This document shows, in pieces, positions 12,274 to 21,774 of a stretch of DNA of 64,000 bases; the stretch's first letter is position 1; each line of letters opens with the position of its first letter. Origin of the DNA: Paenibacillus turpanensis (GTDB taxonomy: Bacteria; Bacillota; Bacilli; Paenibacillales; YIM-B00363); the NCBI RefSeq assembly GCF_011421635.1, contig NZ_WTLI01000007.1, positions 42,232 through 106,231 on the forward strand, in the 5' to 3' direction. The position numbers and the translations under genes are program-made. Under the pieces are notes generated by a model. That model was given only the letters and a program-made list of their open reading frames with translations, was not told the origin of the DNA and did no database searches.

Positions 12274-12507
12274 ATGGAAGTTTTCTTGAAAATTGTGTTG
12301 ATCGTATTCTCTCTTGGGCTGATTGCGGTTGTATTGCTGCAAAGCGGCAAGAGCGCAGGTCTGTCGGGTGCCATTTCTGGCGGCGCGGAGCAGCTGTTCG
12401 GAAGACAAAAGGCTCGCGGTATGGAGCTTGTGCTTTCCCGTGTAACGATGATTTTGGCGGCAGGCTTTTTCATTCTTTCTGCGGTCGTTGCTTACATGGT
12501 GAAATAA
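12274..12507 (+). CDS. secG: Preprotein translocase subunit SecG
   Basis: 77 aa, two TM helices, LLQSGKSAGLSGAISGGAEQLFG signature. Confidence 0.85.
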   Translation: MEVFLKIVLIVFSLGLIAVVLLQSGKSAGLSGAISGGAEQLFGRQKARGMELVLSRVTMILAAGFFILSAVVAYMVK

Positions 12508-12544
12508 TTACCGGTTGAAAAACGAGGGCAAAACCCCGAAAATA

Positions 12545-12581
12545 AACAGCAGGGTTTCTATTGATCCTGCTGTTTTTTTAT
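12545..12581 (+). terminator. Rho-independent terminator after secG
   Basis: AACAGCAGG-loop-CCTGCTGTT followed by T7. Confidence 0.5.
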
Positions 12582-12627
12582 TTGGGGAAAATAGAATATA
12601 GAGATGAGGATAGAGGGGGAATTGGTT

Positions 12628-13392
12628 ATGGAACAGCTGTTGCGTTCGGCCGAGCCCTTTTTCCTGCCGGGACATGGAGAAAATGAGAGCACGCTGATTA
12701 TGGCGGTGCATGGATTTACAGGTACCCCCTCCGAAATGCGCAGAGTCGGTTATTATCTGCAGGGGAATGGGTACACGGTGGACGGGCTGCGGTTGCCCGG
12801 TCACGGGACAAGCCCGGAGGAGATGAGCCGGACGAACTGGAACGACTGGTGGCAGTACGTGGTCGATCGTTACGATGAAGTTAAGCAGCAAGGATACAAG
12901 CGGATTGTCGTGCTTGGCCATTCAATGGGCGGACTGCTCAGCTTGAAGCTGGCGTCCGAGCGCGAGGTGCAGGGCGTGATCTCGATGGCGGCGCCGATCT
13001 TTCTGGCGACTCGCTTGAGCGTGCTGGCGCATCCGCTTCAGTATATGTTCAAATATATAGACCGCCGGCCGAGCGGCATTCCGGATATTGATGCGGAGTC
13101 GCTTGCGTATACGCGGACACCGGTGAATTGCGTGGTGAGCCTGCGCCAGCTGGTGCGGCTCGTGAAGGATTCGCTTGGCGCGGTCCATGCCCCGATTTTT
13201 GTCGGGCAGGGGGTCCGCGACGGCGCGGTGAAGCCTCTGAGCGCGGAGTTTATTTATCGCGGGGTGTCGTCGGCGCACCGTAAGCTGAAGTATTATGCGC
13301 AGTCGTCGCATGGGATTTTGCTGGACAAGGACCGCGACGAGGTGTATGCGGATATTTTGGGATTTGTGCAGGCGCTGCCGGTAAAGGTGTAG
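12628..13392 (+). CDS. est: Carboxylesterase (alpha/beta hydrolase, Est/YvaK-like)
   Basis: GHSMGG nucleophile elbow. Conserved secG-est-rnr-smpB order of Bacillaceae and Paenibacillaceae. Confidence 0.8.
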   Translation: MEQLLRSAEPFFLPGHGENESTLIMAVHGFTGTPSEMRRVGYYLQGNGYTVDGLRLPGHGTSPEEMSRTNWNDWWQYVVDRYDEVKQQGYKRIVVLGHSMGGLLSLKLASEREVQGVISMAAPIFLATRLSVLAHPLQYMFKYIDRRPSGIPDIDAESLAYTRTPVNCVVSLRQLVRLVKDSLGAVHAPIFVGQGVRDGAVKPLSAEFIYRGVSSAHRKLKYYAQSSHGILLDKDRDEVYADILGFVQALPVKV

Positions 13393-13629
13393 CGCCGTGA
13401 CCGTTTTTATTTTCACATCATAAACTAGCCTTGAAAATGCAGCTCCAGTGGTTGGGGCCGCGGCTTCGGGGCTTTTTTGCGTGAGGATTTGACGGCGGGA
13501 CAGGCGAATGTTACGGTAGGAAACATATACATCTTAGGGACGGCAGAGGCATTTTTGCATATGGGGACGCGATCTCGTAAAGATTATGAAATACATAAGG
13601 AAAAAAGAAAGGACGAAGTGGGTGAGCGT

Positions 13630-16152
13630 ATGGTAACGACACAAGAAGTCCTGGAATTTATGCGTGAAGAAGCGTATAAACCGATGACGGTGCAAGAGCT
13701 GGAAAAGCATTATGGAATCGAGGATTCCGACGATTTTAAGGATTTGGTGCGCGTGCTTAACGAGCTGGAGGAGTCCGGCCAAATTATGCGGACGCGTACG
13801 GACCGCTACGGCATTCCGGAGCGGATGAATTTGCTGCGCGGCAAGCTGCAGGTGCATGCGAAAGGGTTTGCGTTTTTTATTCCGGAGGACCGGGATCATC
13901 CCGATGTGTATATTCATGCAAATGATCTGAAAAGCGGTATGAACGGCGATATTGTGCTCATCCGCATTACACTGAAGGGCATGCACGGGGGCCGCATGGA
14001 AGGCGAGGTCGTCCGCATTGTTACGCGCGCGAACGATCAGCTTGTCGGCACGTTTACAAGCTACGAAAGCTATGGCTTTGTGCAGCCGGATGACAAGCGT
14101 CTTACGAAGGACGTATTTATTCCGCAGCATGCGTTTATGGGCGCCGTTTCCGGGCAAAAGGTTGTTGTTAAAATTGTTTCGTTCCCGGAAGGGCGTACGT
14201 CGGCCGAGGGAGAAATTGTCGAAGTTTTGGGGCATAAGGATGACCCGGGTGTCGATATTTTGTCGATTATTCGCAAGCATCGGCTGCCGGAAGCGTTTCC
14301 TGCTGAGGTCATGGCGGAAGCCGAGAAGGCGCCGGATACGATCCGCGAGCCGGAGCTGGCGGGACGCCGCGATTTGCGCGACCGCGTCATTGTGACGATT
14401 GACGGTGAAGACGCGAAGGACTTGGATGACGCTGTTAACGTGGAGCTGCTGGAAAACGGCAACTACCTGCTTGGCGTGCATATCGCCGACGTTGGTTATT
14501 ATGTGAAGGAAGGCTCTGAGCTGGATCGCGAAGCGTACAACCGGGGCTGCTCGGTGTACTTGGTTGACCGGGTGATTCCGATGCTGCCGCATCGTTTGTC
14601 CAACGGGATTTGTTCGTTGAATCCGAAGGTGGACCGCTTGACGATGTCCTGTGAGATGGAAATCGATCCGGAGACGGCGAAGGTTGTGCGGCATGATATT
14701 TTTACGAGTGTGATTCGGACCAAGGAGCGCATGACGTATACGAATGTGCGTAAAATCCTGATGGACGAAGAGCCGGAGCTGATGGAGCGGTACGCGGATT
14801 TGGTGCCGATGTTCCGCCATATGAAGGACTTGGCGATGAAGCTGCGCTGGCAGCGGATGCAGCGCGGGGCGATTGATTTTGACTTCACAGAAGCGAAGGT
14901 GATCGTCGACGAGAGCGGCAAGCCTGTCGACATCGTGAAGCGGGAACGCAGCATCGCCGAGATGATTATCGAGGAGTTTATGCTTGCGGCGAACGAGACG
15001 GTGGCGGAGCATTTCCACTGGATGAAGGTGCCGTTCTTATACCGGATTCACGAGGACCCGGATCCGGAGAAGCTGCTGCATTTCACGCAGTTTGTGTCGA
15101 ACTTCGGGTATGTGGTGCGCGGCAAGGGCAATAAGATTCATCCGCGTGCGCTGCAGTCCATTCTGGAGGAAATTAAAGGCGCGAAGGAAGAGACGGTCAT
15201 TTCGACCGTACTGCTGCGCTCGATGAAGCAGGCGAAGTATGACCATGAGAGCAAGGGGCATTTTGGCTTGGCGGCGGAGTATTATTCGCATTTTACGTCG
15301 CCGATCCGGCGTTACCCGGACTTAATCATTCACCGCGTGATGCGCGAGGTGTTTGAAAATGGCGGCGCGCTCACCGAGGAGCGGCAGGAGTACTTGCAGA
15401 CGCGCATGGCCGACATTGCGCAGCAGTCGTCGGAGCGGGAGCGCGTCGCGGTGGATGCGGAGCGCGATACGGAGGCGCTGAAGAAGGCCGAGTTTATGAT
15501 GGACAAAGTCGGCGAGGAATTCGAGGGCATTATCTCGAGCGTGACGTCGTTCGGCATGTTCATCGAGCTGGAAAATACGGTCGAGGGCCTCATTCGCTTG
15601 AGCGACTTGAACGACGATTATTATCACTTCCATGAGCAGTATTTGGCGCTGATCGGCGAGCGGACGTCGAAGATTTACCGCATCGGCGACGAGGTGCGCG
15701 TGCGCTGTGCCCGCGTGAGCATGGAGGAGCACTCGATTGATTTTGAGCTCGTGGATACGAAGCCCCGCGAGAACAAAATCTCTTTGGTGGACGGAGCGCT
15801 CCTGGAGTGGGCCGACCGTAAGAAGCGCGGCGCCGGGGGCGGCCGCGGAGGTAAGCGCGGCGGCGAAGGCCGGGGCGGTGACCGCGATCGAGGCGGGTCC
15901 AACGGCGGCGGCGGTCGTGGCGCGAAGCGCGGCGAGGGCGGTGCCCGGGGCGATTCCGCTGGCGGCGGCACGGAATCGGCGGGGCCGAGCGGCAAGAAGC
16001 GCAAGGCGACGGTGTTCCAGCCGCTGGGCACGGGCGTTGGCGCCGGCGAAGGCCGTAGCGGCGGCGGTGGGCGTCCGGGTGGCGGACGCGGCAAGCCGGG
16101 TGGCGGCAAGAAGAAGTCGGTGGCGCCGTCGGCTAAGCGTAAGCGGAAGTAA
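13630..16152 (+). CDS. rnr: Ribonuclease R with long Gly/Arg/Lys-rich C-terminal tail
   Basis: N-terminal [24 protein letters not shown] matches Bacillus RNase R. RNB catalytic domain and S1 domain present. About 125-aa RGG-like basic tail. Confidence 0.92.
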   Translation: MVTTQEVLEFMREEAYKPMTVQELEKHYGIEDSDDFKDLVRVLNELEESGQIMRTRTDRYGIPERMNLLRGKLQVHAKGFAFFIPEDRDHPDVYIHANDLKSGMNGDIVLIRITLKGMHGGRMEGEVVRIVTRANDQLVGTFTSYESYGFVQPDDKRLTKDVFIPQHAFMGAVSGQKVVVKIVSFPEGRTSAEGEIVEVLGHKDDPGVDILSIIRKHRLPEAFPAEVMAEAEKAPDTIREPELAGRRDLRDRVIVTIDGEDAKDLDDAVNVELLENGNYLLGVHIADVGYYVKEGSELDREAYNRGCSVYLVDRVIPMLPHRLSNGICSLNPKVDRLTMSCEMEIDPETAKVVRHDIFTSVIRTKERMTYTNVRKILMDEEPELMERYADLVPMFRHMKDLAMKLRWQRMQRGAIDFDFTEAKVIVDESGKPVDIVKRERSIAEMIIEEFMLAANETVAEHFHWMKVPFLYRIHEDPDPEKLLHFTQFVSNFGYVVRGKGNKIHPRALQSILEEIKGAKEETVISTVLLRSMKQAKYDHESKGHFGLAAEYYSHFTSPIRRYPDLIIHRVMREVFENGGALTEERQEYLQTRMADIAQQSSERERVAVDAERDTEALKKAEFMMDKVGEEFEGIISSVTSFGMFIELENTVEGLIRLSDLNDDYYHFHEQYLALIGERTSKIYRIGDEVRVRCARVSMEEHSIDFELVDTKPRENKISLVDGALLEWADRKKRGAGGGRGGKRGGEGRGGDRDRGGSNGGGGRGAKRGEGGARGDSAGGGTESAGPSGKKRKATVFQPLGTGVGAGEGRSGGGGRPGGGRGKPGGGKKKSVAPSAKRKRK

Positions 16153-16345
16153 GGGTTAGGTATGGTTTTTGACTTTTTGAAGCGGCGCCCCTCCAGGCAG
16201 GCTTCATATGCTTGATGTGGGGGCGAATTGCTTCTGGCATACAGGTTTGATCTGCTGGCAAGGTGTACCATGGCACATGTGTCTCGGCTGCTTTTTCGGC
16301 GCTGGGGTGCATGTGCTTTTTCCAAAAAGGAGGAACGTACGCAGC

Positions 16346-16819
16346 ATGAGGAAGCTACGGATCGGGGTCGTTCTCTCACTTGTTTTGATGGCGGTATTTG
16401 TGGCTTCCGGCTGTACCCGCGACGTGCGGGAGCCGAGCATGTTTCTGATTCCGGAGGGATACACCGGCTGGATTCAGATTATATATAATCAAGAGGATGC
16501 AAAGCCTTTGGTTAAGGAAGGATCGTTCATCCGCTATGACATCCCGGAGGACGGCATTTTGCGGACGTCTACGAAGCAGCTCCAGTTTGGCAGCGCCATT
16601 GATTACTATGTGTATGTGGATGGGGAAGGGAGGCGCAAGCCGATTCCTTTTGCCCTGATTCAAGGAAATCACAATGGGAAAATGGAGTCTTATCAGAAGC
16701 CGCCGGTTCGGATGCTTGGGGGTCCGATCGTTCAACGTTTTTTTATCGGGACGGATGAAGAGCTTGAACAGGTAGGCCCGCCGCCTTTGCCGGAGGTGCT
16801 GAAGGAGCCCGTCTCTTGA
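16346..16819 (+). CDS. Putative lipoprotein of unknown function
   Basis: Lipobox LMAVFVASGC after a basic N-terminus. AAAGGAGG RBS. Start taken at the internal ATG of ORF 16208..16819. Confidence 0.55.
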   Translation: MRKLRIGVVLSLVLMAVFVASGCTRDVREPSMFLIPEGYTGWIQIIYNQEDAKPLVKEGSFIRYDIPEDGILRTSTKQLQFGSAIDYYVYVDGEGRRKPIPFALIQGNHNGKMESYQKPPVRMLGGPIVQRFFIGTDEELEQVGPPPLPEVLKEPVS

Positions 16820-16875
16820 TTTTCCAGCTCTCGGGTGATATCATTTTAGAACTGGATCAATAGGAGGTGGCGTAC

Positions 16876-17358
16876 ATGGGCAGCAAAAAAGCCGAAGGCA
16901 AGGTTCTCGCGCAAAATAAAAAAGCATCCCATGATTACTTCATCGAAGATACCTATGAGGCCGGGATGGTGTTGACCGGGACGGAAATTAAGTCGTTGCG
17001 TAACGGCAGGGCGAACATTTCCGACAGCTTTGCCACGATCCGTAATGGCGAAGCGTTTATCCACAACATGCACATCAGCCCTTTTGAACAGGGGAACCGG
17101 AACAATCCGACCGACCCGACCCGGGCCCGCAAGCTGCTGCTCAAGAGAGAGCAGATCATGAAGCTGCTCGGCACGGTGAAGCAGGAAGGGTACACAATTG
17201 TGCCGCTGAAGGTGTACGTGCGCAACGGTTACGCGAAGCTGCTGCTTGGCATCGGTAAGGGCAAGAAGCAGTACGATAAGCGTGAATCGGCTGCGAAGCG
17301 CGATGCACAGCGCGATATCCAGCGCGTGCTGCGCGAGAAGCAGAAGGTTGCGCGGTAA
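16876..17358 (+). CDS. smpB: SsrA-binding protein SmpB
   Basis: Co-linear with B. subtilis SmpB ([17 protein letters not shown]..., GTEIKSLR). AGGAGGTG RBS. Confidence 0.95.
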   Translation: MGSKKAEGKVLAQNKKASHDYFIEDTYEAGMVLTGTEIKSLRNGRANISDSFATIRNGEAFIHNMHISPFEQGNRNNPTDPTRARKLLLKREQIMKLLGTVKQEGYTIVPLKVYVRNGYAKLLLGIGKGKKQYDKRESAAKRDAQRDIQRVLREKQKVAR

Positions 17359-17497
17359 GGTGTTACTGGGCGATGCGCAGGTTGTTCCAGTGCTTCCACC
17401 AATCCGCATAAGCATGCGGAGAGGTTGTATGCTATAATTGTTTTTGCGACCATGACTCAGGCTTTGATGCCGTTCAGTCTTGGCGCCTTCTCATCTC

Positions 17498-17859
17498 GGG
17501 GGCGTTTTTGGATTCGACGGGGATAGTTCGAGCATGGGTAGCGGGTAGTGGGGACGCGTCCACTTCAACAACGCTAAAGCCTATTAAATGGCAAAGCTAA
17601 CACTTCCTACGCTGTAGCAGCTTAATAACCTGCACGCGTGCTCTATCTCTGTATCGCCCATGTACCGGGAATAGGGCTCAACCTTAAGTGGGATACGCCG
17701 TTTGGTCTCCGCCTGGGGTCGACGGAAGAAGATAATCAGGCTGACCCAACGCAGAGCCGGTTACGGGGCGCTGCTCGGGTGACATCAAAACTGTGACTAC
17801 ACCCGTAGAAGCCTATGTGGCGTTGTCTTCGGACAGGGGTTCGACTCCCCTCGCCTCCA
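17498..17859 (+). ncRNA. ssrA: tmRNA (transfer-messenger RNA)
   Basis: 5' GGGGGCGTTTTTGGATTCGACGGGG. Tag reading frame GKANTSYAVAA followed by TAATAA. 3' T-arm and acceptor GGGGTTCGACTCCCCTCGCCTCCA. The 7-bp acceptor stem pairs 17498-17504 with 17852-17858. Confidence 0.9.
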
Positions 17860-17865
17860 TACTGA

Positions 17866-17891
17866 AAACCCGCTCCTGGAGCGGGTTTTTG
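17866..17891 (+). terminator. Rho-independent terminator after ssrA
   Basis: AAACCCGCT-cctgg-AGCGGGTTT followed by T5. Confidence 0.6.
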
Positions 17892-18071
17892 GCTTTTCTG
17901 GGATGAAATTGTAGTCCAAATGTAGCCCAAACTTTTTTGGATCCCTCATTTTTGAGGTGTCTTGTAGTCCATTGGGCTACAGCCGGTTCACTAACGTTTT
18001 GATAAAGATGATGCTATCATAATCTTGAGGTAGGGGACTCCCCTACGATTAGCTTGAGATGAGGTGGTAGT

Positions 18072-19193
18072 GTGGCCGGTAATATTACAAAAGTCGGGAC
18101 AAAATTCAGGGTAACCTTCGATTTCGGAAGAGACAGTTCAGGGAAACGAATCAGACAATATACTACTGCCTCGTCCGAAGCAGAAGCCAAGAAGCTGCTG
18201 AATGAATTTGAGTATAATCAGCAGCGCAACCTACTCGTCCAGACATCTAAAATGACCTTTGCCGAGTTTTTGGAACACTGGATGGACAACTACGTGAAAT
18301 ACAACTGTGAAGAAACAACCAAGTACTCCAATGAAAACATCATTTATAATCATGTGGTTCCCTATCTCGGGGCCATCGAACTTCAGAAGCTTCAGCCGGC
18401 ATTTATTCAACAATACTACAAGCATCTGATGGATGACAAGGGCTTGAAACCGAACACAGTACATAAGCATCATGCATGTATTCGCAAGGCGTTGGATTAC
18501 GGACTGAAGCAGCAGTTCGTACACAGGAACGTATGTGACGCGGTCACACTACCCAAGAAAGAGCGCTTTGTTGGTCAATCCTATACCAGAGATCAGCTGA
18601 ATAGACTGCTTGATGCCGTCAAGGATACAAGGCTGGAGCTGCCGGTACATCTCGCCGGGTATTTGGGCTTGAGAAGAGAAGAAATCATGGGGCTACGATG
18701 GAAATACGTTGATCTTGATGAGAGGCTTATTCATATCGTAGAGGTTCGTACCTGTGCGGGCAGCCAAGAGGTTGTGAAGACTCCAAAGACGGAGAGAAGC
18801 AGAAGAGTACTCTATATTACAGATGAGCTGCTGGAGGTTCTCTTAAAGGTAAAGGAGCGGCAGGAAGCGAACAGACGTATTCTGGGCGACGAATATTTTG
18901 ATAGTGACTACGTATACGTTCAAGATAACGGCAAGCTTTATCGGGTGAATTCTGTGACGGAACGGTTTAAGGAGTTTCTGGAAAAGAACAACTTCCCGAA
19001 AATCAGGCTTCACGATTTGAGGCATACCTTCGCAAGCATCCTGTACGATGCGGGGATTGATTTGAAGGCCATCTCGGAGGCGCTGGGGCATTCCGATCTA
19101 GGGACAACCAACAAAATCTATACCCATCGGTTCGATAAGACGCATAAGAAGACTGTATCAGCAATGAGCCAGGCGCTGGGAAGACGGAACTGA
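18072..19193 (+). CDS. int: Tyrosine-type site-specific integrase (phage integrase family)
   Basis: 373 aa. N-terminal SAM-like domain, C-terminal catalytic domain with LRHTFAS...GHSDL...IYTH. GTG start with GAGGTGG RBS. Confidence 0.9.
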   Translation: MAGNITKVGTKFRVTFDFGRDSSGKRIRQYTTASSEAEAKKLLNEFEYNQQRNLLVQTSKMTFAEFLEHWMDNYVKYNCEETTKYSNENIIYNHVVPYLGAIELQKLQPAFIQQYYKHLMDDKGLKPNTVHKHHACIRKALDYGLKQQFVHRNVCDAVTLPKKERFVGQSYTRDQLNRLLDAVKDTRLELPVHLAGYLGLRREEIMGLRWKYVDLDERLIHIVEVRTCAGSQEVVKTPKTERSRRVLYITDELLEVLLKVKERQEANRRILGDEYFDSDYVYVQDNGKLYRVNSVTERFKEFLEKNNFPKIRLHDLRHTFASILYDAGIDLKAISEALGHSDLGTTNKIYTHRFDKTHKKTVSAMSQALGRRN

Positions 19194-19210
19194 TTGAATA
19201 GAAGAAACGT

Positions 19211-19253
19211 AGGCAAGCGAACCTGATTGTACTTTAGTCGGGTTCGCTTGCCT
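19211..19253. terminator. Bidirectional terminator hairpin between convergent int and xis
   Basis: AGGCAAGCGAACC-loop-GGTTCGCTTGCCT, a perfect 13-bp stem, flanked by T-rich sequence on both strands. Confidence 0.55.
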
Positions 19254-19262
19254 TATATATTT

Positions 19263-19442
19263 TTAAGCAATCAATTGCTTCTTCACCCAGTCTTCGAGCT
19301 CCTGCAGAGGGATTCGGATCTGCTTACCAATTTTGATATGAGGAACGCCGCCGGTTCGAATCAGTTCGTACATCACATTGCGGCCAACACGGAGGATCTC
19401 TCTAGCCTCATCGATTGTCAAAAGTTTAGTTTGTTGATTCAT
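19263..19442 (-). CDS. xis: Excisionase / AlpA-family HTH DNA-binding protein
   Basis: 59 aa, MNQQTKLLTIDEAREILRVGRNVMYELIRTGGVPHIKIGKQIRIPLQELEDWVKKQLIA. Classic Xis/MerR-like HTH. Below the 60-aa cutoff, so absent from the ORF track. Coordinates checked against the frame of the overlapping + ORF. Confidence 0.75.
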   Translation of the reverse strand: MNQQTKLLTIDEAREILRVGRNVMYELIRTGGVPHIKIGKQIRIPLQELEDWVKKQLIA

Positions 19443-20028
19443 ATGAATCGTGCTCCTGTTCGTATAAGTATAGTTGGTGCTGTGATCCCCCTTTCAGCCG
19501 CCATCATCTAAGGGGGTGGCGGCATACGATTTGTTTTTTTGAACGCAAAAAAGCCCATTTCAGCAGCAGAAGAAAGGCTTTCTACCAGAAATGGGCTTTG
19601 GTATACATAGGTGATCAAATTAATAGGATACAAAAAGATAAATTAGAACATCAATTAGAATGTTTCCGTCCGTCTGGTCGGAAATTGTGAAAGGGATAAA
19701 ACAAGTGGTATAGATTAAGTATATTGTCTGCTCTTAGTTGAGTCAAGCGTACTTTATAGGAGTAACGGTACATTAAGGTATGTTCATCATTTATGTTTAC
19801 TTAGGTTGTTACTTATTTGTTGTATATTGTAAATAAATAAGCATTATAGTTAGTGGATTTATATAACAAACATGTAGAAATGATTCATTAAACTGCTATA
19901 TTTCCAATGGAGGGTTATGTAAAATTATGTAGAAATATTAGATGATGTTCTTATGAAAGTAAAAAACCGTTAGACAAAGAACTGTTCCTTCAGGGGAAAA
20001 CTAAGGAAATAGGAGCCGGTGAAATAAC

Positions 20029-20787
20029 ATGGAAATTACTCAACCTAATAGACCCAAGAGAAATGATTTCAGTAAAACAACTACTTTAAAATTAGTAAAA
20101 CGTGCCGGTGCCATGTGTTCCAATCCAAAATGCAAAATACTAACGTTTGGTGCTGTTGATAATGAAAATGAATCATACGATGTTGGTGAAGCTGCACATA
20201 TTCATGCTGCCTCAAAAAATGGGCCACGATACAATAAAGAATTATTAAAGTCTTATGTTACAAGTTTAGAAAACGGGATTTGGCTGTGTAGTAATTGCCA
20301 TGATATGGTTGACACTGCCTTTGAATCGTACTCAGCAGAATTGCTTAGGAAATGGAAAAATGACCATGAAGAAGAAATGAAAAAATACGGCGGGAAAAAG
20401 ATACTTAAAACAAACGATGAAAGTCTAGCAAAATTAATCATAAGCAAATATGAAAATACTGGTGCGTTGTATTTATTAGAAGAGGCTGAAAACCCCCACT
20501 TTGTAATAGATTCATTCATAAAAATGAGGCATGATCTCGTTGAATGGCAAAGCGAAAAGTATTCACCATCCATTGAGTTTAAAAAACACTTGAAGAAGAT
20601 GGCGACAGCACTTCAAAAGTTCTGTAATAATCCAGATAATGACTTGACTAAAAAGGGGAATTGTATTTTTGAAAATATCTTAAATTTTAGAAAAGAATAT
20701 GGCTTATATATAAAGTGGATAGTTGAAACATACAAAATTGAAGTAGAAGCTAGTTTGCAGTCAATTTTTTTGGAAGCAGAAGTCTGA
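20029..20787 (+). CDS. HNH-nuclease-domain protein with unknown C-terminal domain (AT-rich cargo gene A)
   Basis: N-terminal C-x4-C ... AAHIHAASKNG ... N ... WLCSNCHDMVD motif. About 160-aa C-terminal region of unknown fold. GC about 30%. Confidence 0.6.
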   Translation: MEITQPNRPKRNDFSKTTTLKLVKRAGAMCSNPKCKILTFGAVDNENESYDVGEAAHIHAASKNGPRYNKELLKSYVTSLENGIWLCSNCHDMVDTAFESYSAELLRKWKNDHEEEMKKYGGKKILKTNDESLAKLIISKYENTGALYLLEEAENPHFVIDSFIKMRHDLVEWQSEKYSPSIEFKKHLKKMATALQKFCNNPDNDLTKKGNCIFENILNFRKEYGLYIKWIVETYKIEVEASLQSIFLEAEV

Positions 20788-20855
20788 ATCCCGTAAATGA
20801 TTGGCAATTTATTTTGCAAAAAATGAATTTTACTCAAAGTTAAGATTGCGCCGAA

Positions 20856-21674
20856 ATGGGAGAAGACATGAGTTCAAGAAAAAAAATACCTCAAGATGTA
20901 GAAACAGATGTTTTAATAAAATCAAAAAGAAGATGTTGTTTGTGTTTTGGTATTCAAAATGACCTTGATGAAAAGAATGGCCAGATTGCCCATATTGATA
21001 AAAATAGAGATAATAATAACTTTGATAACCTAGCTTTCTTATGTTTTAATCATCATGACAAATACGATGCAGTTACTAGTCAAAGTAAAAACTATACAAA
21101 AAATGAGGTTAAAAGATATAGGGATGATTTATACGGATATTATGAAAAACTCTATGATAATGACATAAGTAATAATGATTTTCTTGATTACTTAAATAAA
21201 ACAATTAGAATTACTTCGGAAAGACATGAGGTAAAAGATAATAAAGTTATAGTAACAGTAGATAACCTTGAATTGATGAATTCTAAAACAATTGAACTGG
21301 AGTTATGGAATGATGGTAAATACGAATTAGTAATAAATAAAATCATTATGCAGAATAAACTCCCGTTCCATTATAGTAGTGAACATTGGACTCCCCTTCC
21401 CTTTAAAGGATCCGATAAAGACAATACTTTTACGTCAATTAGATACATAAACAATCATTTTCATGGTTTTGAAATAGAAAGTAATAAGTATATCAACTTA
21501 TATTATAATTTCCCACAATTAAGGATAGGCTTTGCAAAGAAAGTGTACACCTTTCAATTTGATTTTTTGGTAGACATCACCATACCCTCGAAATCATTCA
21601 ATTATAAAATAACGGATGTTTCAAGAGAAGTCATGAAAACCATTTATTTTGATTTTGTTCTAAATGACGATTAA
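20856..21674 (+). CDS. HNH-nuclease-domain protein with unrelated unknown C-terminal domain (AT-rich cargo gene B)
   Basis: RRCCLCFG ... QIAHIDKNRDNNNFDNLAFLCFNHHDKYD. The internal ATG at 20868 has a GGGAGAAG RBS and is the likely true start. C-terminal 180 aa unrelated to gene A. Confidence 0.6.
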   Translation: MGEDMSSRKKIPQDVETDVLIKSKRRCCLCFGIQNDLDEKNGQIAHIDKNRDNNNFDNLAFLCFNHHDKYDAVTSQSKNYTKNEVKRYRDDLYGYYEKLYDNDISNNDFLDYLNKTIRITSERHEVKDNKVIVTVDNLELMNSKTIELELWNDGKYELVINKIIMQNKLPFHYSSEHWTPLPFKGSDKDNTFTSIRYINNHFHGFEIESNKYINLYYNFPQLRIGFAKKVYTFQFDFLVDITIPSKSFNYKITDVSREVMKTIYFDFVLNDD

Positions 21675-21774
21675 CTTAATTCTGGGATATTAAATATTTA
21701 GTGTAATATAAATTATAAAGAAATAACATAAATTCATAATATAGGTAATACGTGTGTGATCATAGAGACTGTAA

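Noticed and set aside
11771-12289. 172-aa plus-strand ORF overlapping the M50B-like membrane protein gene in another frame
   Set aside because: It overlaps a better-supported gene with an HExxH motif and TM helices. Its translation is Gly/Ala/Arg-rich with no RBS.
13534-16379. 494-aa minus-strand ORF antisense to rnr, plus Pro/Arg/Ala-rich ORFs at 15675-16379 (-) and 15737-16159 (+) over the RNase R tail
   Set aside because: They are shadow ORFs of the RNase R gene and its G/R-rich tail. They have no RBS and no homology-like sequence.
19227-19511. Plus-strand 94-aa ORF downstream of the integrase
   Set aside because: The minus strand at 19263-19442 encodes a textbook 59-aa excisionase/HTH protein. 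The plus-strand ORF has no RBS and a hydrophobic, low-information sequence.
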